A program made the translations under genes and the position numbers. The notes beneath the pieces were generated by a model. It saw only the letters and a program-made list of their open reading frames with translations, was not told the origin of the DNA and ran no database searches. A DNA stretch of 62,875 nt, counting the filler, from Octopus bimaculoides (lineage: Eukaryota): NCBI RefSeq assembly GCF_001194135.2. It is 4 parts of 4 records of this genome, joined end to end, with 100 filler letters (N's around TTAATTAATTAA, not from the genome) between each part and the next. Parts side by side here need not be neighbours in the genome. Positions count along the whole stretch, not along the records: positions 1 to 23,368 come from NC_069001.1; positions 23,469 to 42,662 come from NC_069000.1; 2 more parts are not named here. One strand, written 5' to 3'. This document shows positions 13,021 through 25,211 of this stretch, in pieces; positions within the stretch are counted from its first letter, which is position 1, and each line of letters opens with the position of its first letter.

Positions 13021-14131
13021 ACAGTTTCTTTATTTTATTGAAATGCGTCAGTTCACTTTTGGTCACGTGAGGTGGTCAGGATCCTTCCATATCTCACCTT
13101 TTTTGAGAATTAGCCTCCCATAACTTCTCTCATTTTTGAGAATTTAACTCCGTCCAGAGTTTTAATATCTCTTACACTTAGGGTTTAATTCCAGTAATTC
13201 CGTTCCCTTCCTTTTTTCTTTTCCTTGAACATGTAGTTTCAATTTGTTTAGATGTTGGTACCTCAAAGGATTTCATCTCTCGTAACCGTTTTCCCCATAC
13301 ATCTTTTATGTTCGAAATTTTTTCCTTTTACCAGGAATAACATTTTTGCAACTTGTTTAATAATTATACCGTCCTCCCAGCATTCTTTACCATATCTATC
13401 TGATTAAAAAAAAAAATTTGTCACCTAACTTGAAGAATTTTTAAATATATTTGTTGTTTGCTATTTAAAAAATATTTATACTCGGTATCAACTTTATCAA
13501 AGACGGATCTGATCTTTCTAGCAAACATTAATTTTGCGGGTGACATTCCAGATGGGGTATTCGGATTAGGTGTTACTTGGTACACTCTTAGAAATTGTTG
13601 AAGTGCTAGATCATCCATTACTTCATTGTTCACCTTTTTTAAAGTCCTCTTAAAAGTAGGAACAAAACGCTCCTCTTGTCCATTTGGCCTATGATGATAC
13701 GGCAATGTGGTCACATGTTTGATAATGAGCATTTTACAAAATTTTCTGAACTCGTCTGAAGTAAACTGAGTTCCATTCTCAGGAATACCATATCTGGCGA
13801 ACAATTCGTGTAAAAAAATGTAACTGCGGATGTCAGCTTTTTACACTTATGCACTTCAGAAAACTGTTCGCCACAACAAGGTAATATGAACCCTTAGTTC
13901 ACGTATGATATTACTCAAAACCTTTTAAATTTCATTTTCCGCTCGCAACACAAAAATCACGGTATCATCAAACGGTTCAGTATTTTTCAAAATCAATCTT
14001 GATAAACAATCAGTGTGTCTTAATTTCTTAGTATAAACTCCATCTTAAAATCATAGTTTAGTAATACAGTACCCCAGCGTTGCAACCTATTAGCAGTATG
14101 TGTGTCCTTTCTTCGACCCATATATAAATAA

Positions 14132-16629
14132 CTAGCAGAGATACCCGGCGTTGCTCGGGATTAAAATGGCATAGTTTGTATATATTATATCACAGTTGTG
14201 TTGAAACAGGTGATATGAGAAAGTGCAGCATTGACAACAAAATATTTATGGAGTAAATGATGGGCTAATTCGACTAAGCAACATCAGGCCCTAACCTGTC
14301 ATGGAAAATTGGAGGTTGGAGTTATGTGATTTTTGAACGCACTGAAAAGCTGTCAGTGGATATACTCGCTTTTGCAGCAGTCTTCAAAAAGGTGTCTGAA
14401 ATTTTGACACCTCCTTCGGGTTTGTTGTCCTATATCCCTCATAAAGTAAATTTGGAGGAACTGTAGTTGTTCATTTGTGAGTAACAGGAAACCAATGAGG
14501 TGATAGACTTGTCCTTGAACTTTTAACTTCGGCGTAAATTCATGCTTAACTATCTTCTTAGATGCAGTAAACGATGTCATTTGAAATGCAGAGTTGTATT
14601 GTCTGATATTGCTCAGAAAATCCTTTGACTGGATGGAAGTGCTTTCTAGAAGATCCATAAGTGGTTGAGAAAGAGGTGGTAGAGCTGGCAATCTTACCTG
14701 AGCAGCATATGCCATTTGTTTCATTTGAAAATTTTAAAGCTCTACGGGAATGACAATTTGTGTTTAGCACACCAATTTGGACACAGTTATCAATTTTATA
14801 AGAATGGGATGGATATCTGAAAGCAGCTCCAGGAGTTGTGAAGAACAAATTTGTACGTAGCCTGTTTCTGAGAGCCTTTCTATTGGACCTCTGTCTAATC
14901 ACTAAAACATTGACTTAACGATCCAGCATTAAGTGCTGCAGCATGCATTTGCTCCCTTCTCTCTTGAGACTCCGTCTGACGTGCTGCAGCATCCCTTTGC
15001 TGATCTTGAGAAAATTTCATTTCGCTTCTCTCTTTAGACTCTCGCCTTCGGTGTTCTACAATCTTCCTTGCTTTATACTTGTTTCTGGAGAGTTTACGTT
15101 TTTTCATTGGTGGCTTATGTTTTCAATATTGTAAACAAAAAATTGCTTATGTTTTCAATATTGTAAGCAAAAAATTATGAACATAGAAAAAAATTATACA
15201 TTAATCCCTATTTTTGTAAGCAGTTGTATGTATGTATGTATGTAGTATGTTTTTACTTTTGTATGCAGTATAAATTAACCAAAGAGAGGCACATGTATGA
15301 ACTGCTAATTTATCTGTAAATGCCACAATAATTATTATAGATAAATTTCGTAATATATATATTAAGCACATGTATTAAATGTTAATTTAAGGGTAAATAT
15401 GTAACTGCAAATACCTTGCAACTGCTGTGATAATGATTAACTGGTAACTGAACGGTAAATGTGTATTTTTATATACCTTGGACTTACCAAATCATTGTTT
15501 AATGTCAAAATTTTCACCTCCAGCCGTTCGTTATGTCAGTCAACGCATACACTGACACACCATTCTGCTATGGTGGCTGTAAAGACGGAAAGTTGCCGAT
15601 GTGTAATGTTATTCACATTAGGATGTAAATTATTCATTTATTTCAAATATAATAGAAATAAGATGATCTTAATGTTATCAAATTAGAATTAAAAGTGAAA
15701 GAATGAAAGTGAGTCAATATTATAGGGACAACCCAATTTTTGAATGCATAAGAAACATACGCGCGCACGCACGCATACATACATACACACATACATACAT
15801 ACACAGACACATACACACAAACTCTCTCTCTCACTTTTAGAACGTACATAAGGTATGAAACATCAGCATTTCTCTGTCAACCGCTATCCCTGTCTTTCAT
15901 CTTCTATAGAAACTTGTTTTCTGTTTCCATATGAAATGGACGTGTGTGCGTGCGTGCGTGCGTGCATGTGCGTGTGTGTGAGAGAGAGAAAGAGAGAGGG
16001 AGGCAGAGGAAGATAGAAATAGAGTGAGTGAGTGATAGTGTGTGTCGTGATGATTGATGTCTTTTAATGTACATAGACATATAGAAAATGTGACGTCATC
16101 GTGGTCGTCGTATAACATGTTTAAGATCGCTGATTTATGGAAAAGATTATAATGTTAAATTTTTGAAATGCAAATATGTGAATGAAAATTAAGATTAATT
16201 TGTAGCCGAAATAGTACTGAATCTTTTGATACCCCATTTGTCAAAGTCGGTAACTAGGTTTTGGAATGCATAAGGAATATATATNNNNNNNNNNNNNNNN
16301 NNNNNNNNNNNNNNNNNNNNNNNNNNNNNNNNNNNNNNNNNNNNNNNNNNNNNNNNNNNNNNNNNNNNNNNNNNNNNNNNNNNNNNNNNNNNNNNNNNNN
16401 NNNNNNNNNNNNNNNNNNNNNNNNNNNNNNNNNNNNNNNNNNNNNNNNNNNNNNNNNNNNNNNNNNNNNNNNNNNNNNNNNNNNNNNNNNNNNNNNNNNN
16501 NNNNNNNNNNNNNNNNNNNNNNNNNNNNNNNNNNNNNNNNNNNNNNNNNNNNNNNNNNNNNNNNNGTATGTGTAAAATTTGAATGAAATCGGTTGTGTAG
16601 TTCTCGAGTTTTAGGGATTCACACAGACA

Positions 16630-16672
<43 letters not shown>

Positions 16673-16693
16673 CCTCATCTTTATATATATAGA
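14132..16693 (-). mobile_element. Internally deleted Helitron with both termini intact
   Basis: 5' end A|TCTATATATATAAAG at 16693; 3' end CCCGAGCAACGCCGGG hairpin then CTAG|T at 14132; Rep N-terminal fragments (CCSGK, FLSNIRQYNSAFQMTSF, KVQGQVYHLIG, FLQIYF) at 14353-14902. Confidence 0.9.
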
Positions 16694-19218
16694 TAATGGA
16701 CGATGATCAGTCAGTAGCCAAAGATTTCTACCGTGTAAAAATCTACGAAATTTTTTTTACAACAAAAATAATCGCTAGTCCTCTTTTTCAATTTGGCAAT
16801 AATTTTTTTCTGCAGGTAGTAGTGAACATGCGGCATGAACCACGGCTTTCTGATATTGTACTCAGAGGCATCTGAAGCTACTACAATCTCCACTGCAGGA
16901 TTGATATGTACTAATGACAAATCTGATGTTAATGTCTTTTTTAATTTCATCGAATGCCTTCTGACAATTTTCAGACCAATTCCACTTTATATATATATAT
17001 ATATTTTTAGTATATTATTTAGTGGAGCTCTTACATTATACATATTTAGTATATAAATTTGATAATAGTTTGCAAGTCCCAAATTCCTTGAAAGGTTAAT
17101 GTATTTGTTGGAGGGGACATATTTTTAATTGCATCTGCCCTCGACGGATCTGGTCGACATCCATTTTTATATATGATTTGTTCTAAATATTTAATTTGAG
17201 GCAAGAAAAATTCACACTTCTCACTCAAAGTGAAGCCATAATTCCTTATTTTTTCGAACATATATTTTACGTGCTCGACATGCTGATTTTGGGATTCACT
17301 TTTAATTAATATATCATCCAGGCAGGCCATCGTGAAGTCACACTCTGCAAGCATCATATCCATCACTTGTTGAAATATAGCCGAAGCAACTTTTATGCCA
17401 AACAGAAGCCGGTTAAACTTATACAGACCTTTTTGTGTATTGATTGTTAGTAGCTTAGAACATTCGGCTTCCATTTGTATCTGTAAGTAGGCATCAGACA
17501 TCTAATTTTGAGAACAATTTACCACCACTTAGTTTCGAGATTTCCTCTGGGCAAGGTAATTATACTATTTTAAACAGTCGTTTAGTCCAGTCGAGAAATC
17601 TGCACAAATACGTATTTTACTGTTCTTCTTTTTGACGTATACAATTGGACTCGCCCAATCGGAGTAATCGATCTTTTCAATCACTTCCATTTTTCCCAGT
17701 TTGTCCAATCCTTTATTTACCTGTTCCAGTGCTGCAAATGGTACATTACGTTTGGGTTTGAAAACTGGTAATGCATTTTATTTCACCTGAAAATCGGCTT
17801 TGAATTTATTGCACTGACTCAACTCGTCCGAAAAAACATCAGGGAACAACTTTTTCATTTCCTTTAAAAAAATTTTCTGACTCTGTATTTGAACTGGTGC
17901 ACAACCCCATTACATTTTTACAAAATTTATTTGTGGGCAAATCCCATAAGTCGAACAGTTTAATCCAGTCAGTTCCAAAAAGGTTGCTTGTATTTTTTAG
18001 TACATAAGCTCTCGGTTTTAAAGTCTTACCTCAGATATTTCTTGTAGTTACAAATAATTTCGCCTTTAAAAAGTAACTTAATCCCCGAGACGCCACAGGC
18101 AATTTTCTATGTTTTCTGAAGTATAGGTTTCCCAATTTTTTTCCATGTTAGATACTGGTAGTGACATTACTTCAATTAATATTGAAGTAATGTCACTACC
18201 AGTATCTAACTGTAATTTTACATTTGTATTATTAATTTTTACATACACAAATTTCCTTTGAGGTTTGTTCGTATTTCTTGTCATTGATAGCCTGTTTACA
18301 CGATTTTTTTATGTTGAAATGTTTTTTAGGTTTTGTTTTACAGTGTGATTGATTTTTTATGGCCTATCTTACCACACTTGAAACATTTCGATTTTCATAA
18401 GGACAGTTGAATCTGTAATGTAAATATCCACATCTAAAACATGGGTTAATTTTCTGCTTTTCATTACTTACTTTCGGTCATCCTGATTGTATATGCGAGC
18501 AGTTTCTTACTTCAATTTGTTCTATATCGTGTCTTAGGTTTATCATTCTCTGGCGTTCCTCAGATATTTCTTGTAGTGTTAGCTTCTGATTCTGCTCTAA
18601 TTTAGTCAGAATTCAGTTACGAATTTCTACATATTTTTTTTTTTTTTTTGCTATTAAACCTTGCACGAAAATTAAACATTTAAACATATCTGGTGTTAGT
18701 TCATTGATTTTAAATTTCTCGCATTTTCTATTAACGATTCCAGGGTATGTAATAAAATCTTCGTCCTCTTTTTCTTTGTAATATTCATACATTGCCAGCG
18801 CGTATTAAATAAAGAGCATTTCCTGCTGAAAATCATTGAAAGGGTATCAATAGTTTCTTTAAAACAGACTTCCCCCGGTCTCTTCGGTAATATATAGTTG
18901 CAGTATTTTCCATGCTCGGCTAGGGACAACTTTCTTCACAAAAGTCGGGTTTTTTTCCATCTTGCCAGTCCAAGCACTCTTTTTTAAAAATCTCCTCATA
19001 CCTTCTATAGTACACATGAAGGGTAATACCCTTATCTGGGATATATGTGAATTCACTGATGGAGTTTGCGATCGTATCAGGGGTGAATGAAATCGATATA
19101 TTTTCTGTTTTGTTGAGTAGCAGCTGTATCAGCTGTTGTTACTGCTGTTGTTGCTGTTTCTGTAATTCAGTTACTGAAGCTAGTAATTCTTCTATGTTCC
19201 AAACAATAAATCTATCCA

Positions 19219-19245
19219 GCCTGGGTTCGAATATTCTCGTCACCA
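19219..19245 (-). promoter_or_regulatory. Primer-binding site of the Gypsy element, tRNA-Ser(GCU)-like
   Basis: Minus strand TGGTGACGAGAAT... starts 2 nt after the LTR end; + strand GCCTGGGTTCGAATATTCTCGTCACCA resembles the 3' end of metazoan tRNA-Ser(GCU) as I recall it. Confidence 0.65.
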
Positions 19246-20133
19246 ATTGTTATATCTTCGGGGGTTTGAATATTTCGAAGCCAATAATGTTATGACGGCG
19301 TTGGGGTGTGCACAAGGGCGTAGGAATAGTATAATCTAAATAAATATTTGGATATGGTTATCTTGAATAATCTTTCGCAGAATTAATATGTTCATACTGA
19401 ACATACTCCGTACTTCGCCAAACGTAGATACGTATATGTGTATATACATATATGTACGCGTGTATATGGATATGGGGAGATATACATAACACACGCACGC
19501 GCGCGCGCGCGCGTGTGTGGGTGTACGTATGCATGCGTGCCCTAGCCTCTTGACCGGTTGGTGTCTATCCAACCGTAGCTAAGCCTAGACAGTTTCAAAC
19601 AATAGTTGTCCAATTAGATGGGAGGAATTAACAGTAGAAATTAACCCTCCCCAAATAGCATCAGAACGATTTACCCGCTGGAAGAAGTAACAGGATATCC
19701 TACACCACAAAGTTAGAAAGTTTGGCATATTATTATTGTTGTTGTTGTTGTTGTTATCATCATCATCATCATCATCATCATTATCACTGTTATTGCTACT
19801 AGAATATTAATAACTCGTATGAAATGAACTTCCACATAAACCCATCCAAAATATACAGAACTGACACGCACACACTCAGCAAAATTTCTTTAAAAAAACA
19901 TAAACAGCCTTCGAAACACGGTAGATGGCGTTGGTACCAGGNNNNNNNNNNNNNNNNNNNNNNNNNNNNNNNNNNNNNNNNNNNNNNNNNNNNNNNNNNN
20001 NNNNNNNNNNNNNNNNNNNNNNNNNNNNNNNNNNNNNNNNNTTATTTCTAGCATGTGGAGATACCTTCTAGGCTTAACTTCATGCACTGGTTGAAGATCA
20101 TTTAAAAAAACGCTTATTATTACATCAGATAAA

Positions 20134-20289
20134 GGCGGCGAGCTGGCAGAATCGTAAGCAGCATTTCGTCCCACTTTACGTTCTTAGTTCAAATTCCATC
20201 GAGGTCGACTTTGCCGCTTATCCTTTCGGAGTCGATAAATTAAGTACCCTCCTGCCAGATTTCAGGCCTTGTGCCTTTTGAAGAAAGTA
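20134..20289 (+). mobile_element. tRNA-derived SINE, family A (head GGCGGCGAGCTGGCAGAATCG), with TSD
   Basis: A-box/B-box-like head; flanked by 20-bp direct repeat TTATTATTACATCAG(A/G)TAAA at 20114-20133 and 20290-20309. Confidence 0.85.
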
Positions 20290-20856
20290 TTATTATTACA
20301 TCAGGTAAACTTATCTGAATATTTGAAACATAAGATTTCGCAGTGTCAATGGTAATCAATTGCTGGTGAAGGTATAATATCTGAAAGTGCATCATCCACT
20401 TCAGGCTTCCTTTTTTTGCACATGGACTGGCTTCATGCAGGACAATTTTTACACGGACCGGATGATCACGTGCATCACAAAACAATGAAGTGCATTATAT
20501 ATAATTTGAGTATTACATGTATACTACATATATAATACTATATGATGCATATATGCAAAAACATCCTACAGATTGCCATACTCAGTGAAAGAAAATTAAA
20601 ATTTTTAAATTTACTCTTTCTGTGCGACTCAGTAGCAAATAATCGATGGCCTAGCATTGGTCTGCAAATCGGTGGCTGGCGGCGGTCCCTTGGCCTAGTT
20701 GATCCCACTTTTCCTGTCCTCGGTGAGGTTGTATAACTTTGTTAAGTTTTTGTGACTGTGTTGTGCATCAAGTAAATTTTAATAAATTAGAGCTAAGTCT
20801 GTATAGATATATTCTCTAGTAAAGTGTAGAGTGTGGTATGAAAAATAAACGCTACC

Positions 20857-20892
<36 letters not shown>

Positions 20893-21239
20893 AATTATGG
20901 AAATGGGCTTATGAAACTAGGGGTACGGTACACTAATGTTTGTTAGGCTAAGGTGCAAGAGGCTGAGGTTGGGAAAGAGGGAAGTTTGACACTATAAGAG
21001 GGAGAGAGAGAAAGGATGACATTTGTATTGTCAAATAGAGAGTATAAGCAGTGTGTTGTCCTCCATTCTGTACCGGAATGTATACTGATCAAAGGTAGTG
21101 ACCAGAACAAAGACTAACCAATTCTCCACTGAGCATTTTCAAAGTAAGGTAATTAAGTAGAGCAATATAAAACAAAGGATTGTCCTTTCCACTACCAGAG
21201 AAGATCTCAGAGGTCGCCAAATTTCATTCTATAACAGCT

Positions 21240-21323
21240 ATCTCTGATGAGTGCAGGGTTATATAATCGGACTGTTACCTAACACTCCATTGGATCCCCG
21301 GGCGCAAAACCGATTGGTAAGAT
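21240..21323 (+). ncRNA. Type I hammerhead ribozyme-like motif, G12 replaced by A
   Basis: AUCU-CUGAUGA-GUGC...GCGC-AAA-ACC-GAUU-GGU-A-AGAU: 4-bp stem I, closed helix III hairpin, GUA triplet. Confidence 0.7.
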
Positions 21324-21425
21324 CGGCCGTAATGGATATATAATACTGTACACTTGGATTAATATACCCACTCTATTGACAGATATACAAGTGCATTTTT
21401 TCTGACTTATTGATTCTTAGACGAC

Positions 21426-21518
<93 letters not shown>

Positions 21519-22163
21519 TTAATTATAAGGATTGAATGGAATCTAGGCACATCAACATATACGCTGCCAGAAATGGTTAGGTACGATAACATAGAGCTCA
21601 GTGAGGTAAACAACATTGAACATATCAAATGTTGGTAGGATACAGTAGATATGCAAGTACCAAATCCAATTTGAATCGTTGATCCGACTCTAGGGGTTGG
21701 TCTTTGGTGTGGCGTAGTATAAAACGTAAACAAACGGTGTTTAAAATTTACGGCAGCTGTTTCGGTTGAATGTTATTAATGTATTCATAGAAGAATACAT
21801 CATAACATATAATCCACTACCAGGTAAAATTTCAAAATTAAAACTTCAAACAGACCAGATTTCTTACATCAATCTGGACAAATCCAACGTCAATTGGATC
21901 AGTAACTCATTCAAACTTAACATTCAAATATATAGGAGAATTAGGTATTGCTCAAAACAGGCAAATAAAAAGTAGCGATATCAAACAACCATACAATTAA
22001 AATTCACTTAACTAAATTAGTTTATGATTAACACTGGCGTCGGAATAATGCAAGAATCTTGACATATTGTAGCCAAGGGTTGTCATTAAAAGGTCATCAA
22101 AACCAAGCAGGATAATAATCTGCTTGCTTTTGATAATCTTTTAATTACAACTCGTGGCTACAA

Positions 22164-22198
<35 letters not shown>

Positions 22199-23368
22199 AC
22201 ACATAATACAAATGATATGTGAGCATATGCATATATACATACATATATGTACATACCTACATCTACGTGTATATATAGATGCATATCCGAGGACAGGATG
22301 TCAAAAAAAAAAAAAAACGCAGACAAAAAAACGAACTTTTTTACGGACAACAGAATGAACACAGGGAAACAGACAAGCCACATATGGAACTTTTCCTTCA
22401 TCAGCTGCCTCTATTCTAAACTAGGCGTGTATATATATTAATTATCATGACTGGGCTTCGTATATTATACCTTAGTGACACATTGATGGTATGCACTACT
22501 CTCCCCCTCAGTAATAATCCTAGGATGGGATTTATTAACATTTAATGCATCGCTACGCGCGTTTCCACGAATCACATGACCTATATGATCACAGTCCGTA
22601 TTCCTGGGATGATTATAGTGCAGTCCGTAGTATCCGTGGGCATCCAACTGATCATTATCATTGATTCATTTCTTCAGGCGATATAACATTAGTGGATGAA
22701 CCACAGAGGGGTGTTTTTCTCTTTTTTTTTTTTATCAGTCAAGCGAGTTATGTGGGTATCCCTGTGTGTATTTGGTGGGGAGGAGTGGAAGGTGATGGTA
22801 ATAGAGGAAGGAATGGTAGTTATATGTGGATGGAGGTGTGTGTGTGTGGTGATGTTGGATTTATTTTGCTCTTCATCCAACAGATTTTAAGGATGGGTAA
22901 TAATTCTCTGTGTATGTACATATATTTACTAGATTGCTGACATTCATTAATGGTTTTCCCCATTGTGTTGATGTACTATTTTCTATCCTTAATAAAACTG
23001 TCGACATTTTTGCCGACACGGGTATACTAGTATAAAAATAAAATTTGGGATCTAGTTCAAAACGGGGGCGCCAGTATTTTCTTAACGAAACACTTTGAAA
23101 CTTGGGACACTGGTAGAATGTGTCATATAAAACATCTTTTTCTCTTAGTCTTCTTAAGAAAAATTATTATATTGCAACTTATTTCATGTTAAAGTTGTCG
23201 TATTTCTGTAATTTCAACCAATGACTGACGTCCATTCAGCCGAATACAGTAAGTGCTGACTACGTAAACAAACGATTCTCAAACGATTCTGGCGGTGATA
23301 AAATTATTATTTCCTTGTCAAAAAATGGCTGAAGCATATTGGCAGTAGCTAATAAACCTTTCTATTAT

Positions 23369-23468
23369 NNNNNNNNNNNNNNNNNNNNNNNNNNNNNNNN
23401 NNNNNNNNNNNNTTAATTAATTAANNNNNNNNNNNNNNNNNNNNNNNNNNNNNNNNNNNNNNNNNNNN
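23369..23468. other. Synthetic 100-bp scaffold join (44 N + TTAATTAATTAA + 44 N)
   Basis: Same layout at 42663-42762 and about 58766-58865; the 12-mer has stop codons in all six frames. Confidence 0.9.
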
Positions 23469-25211
23469 TATATATATATATATACATACATACATACATA
23501 CATACATACATACATACATACATCATACATACATACATACATACATCATACATACATACATACATACATAACAATACATAAGAAACACGTTGCTAACGAA
23601 CAACAGAGTATAAAGTAGTAAAAGAAAGTTTGAACACTCCTACTTACCTTGTCGATAAAAAAAAACTCTTATTTATATACTTATATATGTACTACGCCTT
23701 CTACGATAGGATTGTAATCTCTCAAAGTGTAATCAATTGATGAACAAGTATCAATATAATAAATATTGATGAAGCAGGGAGAAAGCTTGTCCGAGAGTGT
23801 GTGAAACATGAGGAATAAAGTCAGCGAGAAGGTATTTTGTGCTTGACGGTTTGTTAATATATATATATGAACCGATAAGGTGTTGAATGGGTGATGTGGA
23901 CTAGTCCGCTGGCTCTCTCTCCCTCCCTCTGTCTGTTTCTCTCGCTCGCTCGCTCTCTCTCTCTCTCTTTTTATCTATCTATCTATCTGTCTCCTTCACT
24001 TTCTCATATAATGCATTCATGCATGTATGTATATATATATATATTGTGAAATGCTTAGCGGTATTTCGTCTGTCTTTTATGTTCTGCGTTCAAATTGCGC
24101 CGAGGTCGACTTTGCCTTTCATCCTCTCGGGGTCGACAAATTCAGTACCAGTTACGTACTGGGGTCGATCTAATCGACTGGCCCCCTTCCTCAAAAATTC
24201 CGAGTCTTGTGCCTAGAGTAGAAAAGTATANNNNNNNNNNNNNNNNNNNNNNNNNNNNNNNNNNNNNNNNNNNNNNNNNNNNNNNNNNNNNNNNNNNNNN
24301 NNNNNNNNNNNNNNNNNNNNNNNNNNNNNNTTCTAAATCTTTAATCCCTCCTTTAAATCTTTAGGGCATTAGCTTTTATTTTCACTTTTCATTTTCCTTT
24401 TCCCTTCAATATCTTTGCATTTTAAGGGCACCAGAATACTTTTGCCTGTTATCATGTGGTTTATCACATATCTCCTACCACCTGTATCACCTCCCTAACC
24501 ACTCAAATCACTGTCTTCCGTTAGTCTTCGGTTTTCCTCTCCTGACTGCGTCCCATCTTCATTACTATTAATCATTCTATTGATATTGTTATTCTAAGTG
24601 ATGGCACTCATACGATGGCAGGGACAATACGAGGACAGACAAAGCAAATATTGTGGTCAGGGTATCGAATGGGACGAACGCATGAATAAGCAATTTTTAA
24701 TATATACAATAAAATGCGAAATGAATGACTAACAAATAAATGAAGCGGAGGACGCGGTCGACCCCACAAACTATATTCTCACACAGAAGACATTGCTTTT
24801 TTTTTTTTTTCTTTTGTTCTCGCTTAGACATGTTCTTTCACTCGCACCATACTTGCTACAGACTTCCATCTTTTACGAAACACTCTTTGCGACAGGCATT
24901 TCTTTTCCAGCCTTATTTTTCGTTTCATGTGGAAAACGTGTAAGTTATTTAACCCAAGGCTGGAAATGAAAGTGCCTGTCGCAATTCCTTTCTCTCTCAT
25001 CTTCCATACTACCTCCTTCGCAACAGCAACTACCGAGAGAAAACAGACCCGCTTCTCCCTATTCAGGGAGGGCGGCGGAACGATCTTAATTACAGATTCG
25101 CTCGACAGTTGTACTCTTCTCGAATGTGACATCAGGTGTTCGACATAAGCCCAGCGTTCAGTCACCGTGGGGCATTACACAATCACGTGCAGGACGGTTT
25201 CACTAATAGTC

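Larger units (their letters stand above)
13050..19491 (-). mobile_element. Degenerate Ty3/Gypsy (Mag-like) LTR retrotransposon, interrupted by a Helitron
   Basis: Right to left: putative LTR (TGTTA...TAACA, 19248-19491), PBS, gag (AEHGKYCNYILPK), protease (KLQLDTGSDIT), RT (DAYLQI...LFGIKVASAIFQQVMD...CLDDILI), RNase H (VVASDASEY, TDHRPL), integrase (NGTQFTSDEF...HHRPNGQEERFV). Many stops and frameshifts; no matching 3' LTR found. Confidence 0.92.

Noticed and set aside
22381-22410. CUGAUGA-A-GGAA/UUCC half-motif (also 56245-56272; 3' halves near 6123-6140 and 26676-26695)
   Set aside because: Only half of the hammerhead is present; noted as probable decayed relics but not called as features.
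23000-23030. Possible second Helitron 3' end (weak hairpin plus CTAG|T)
   Set aside because: Imperfect hairpin and no matching 5' end found in the same block.
23413-23424. Recurrent TTAATTAATTAA motif as a possible regulatory or recombination site
   Set aside because: Always centred in a 100-bp N block; an assembly pad.
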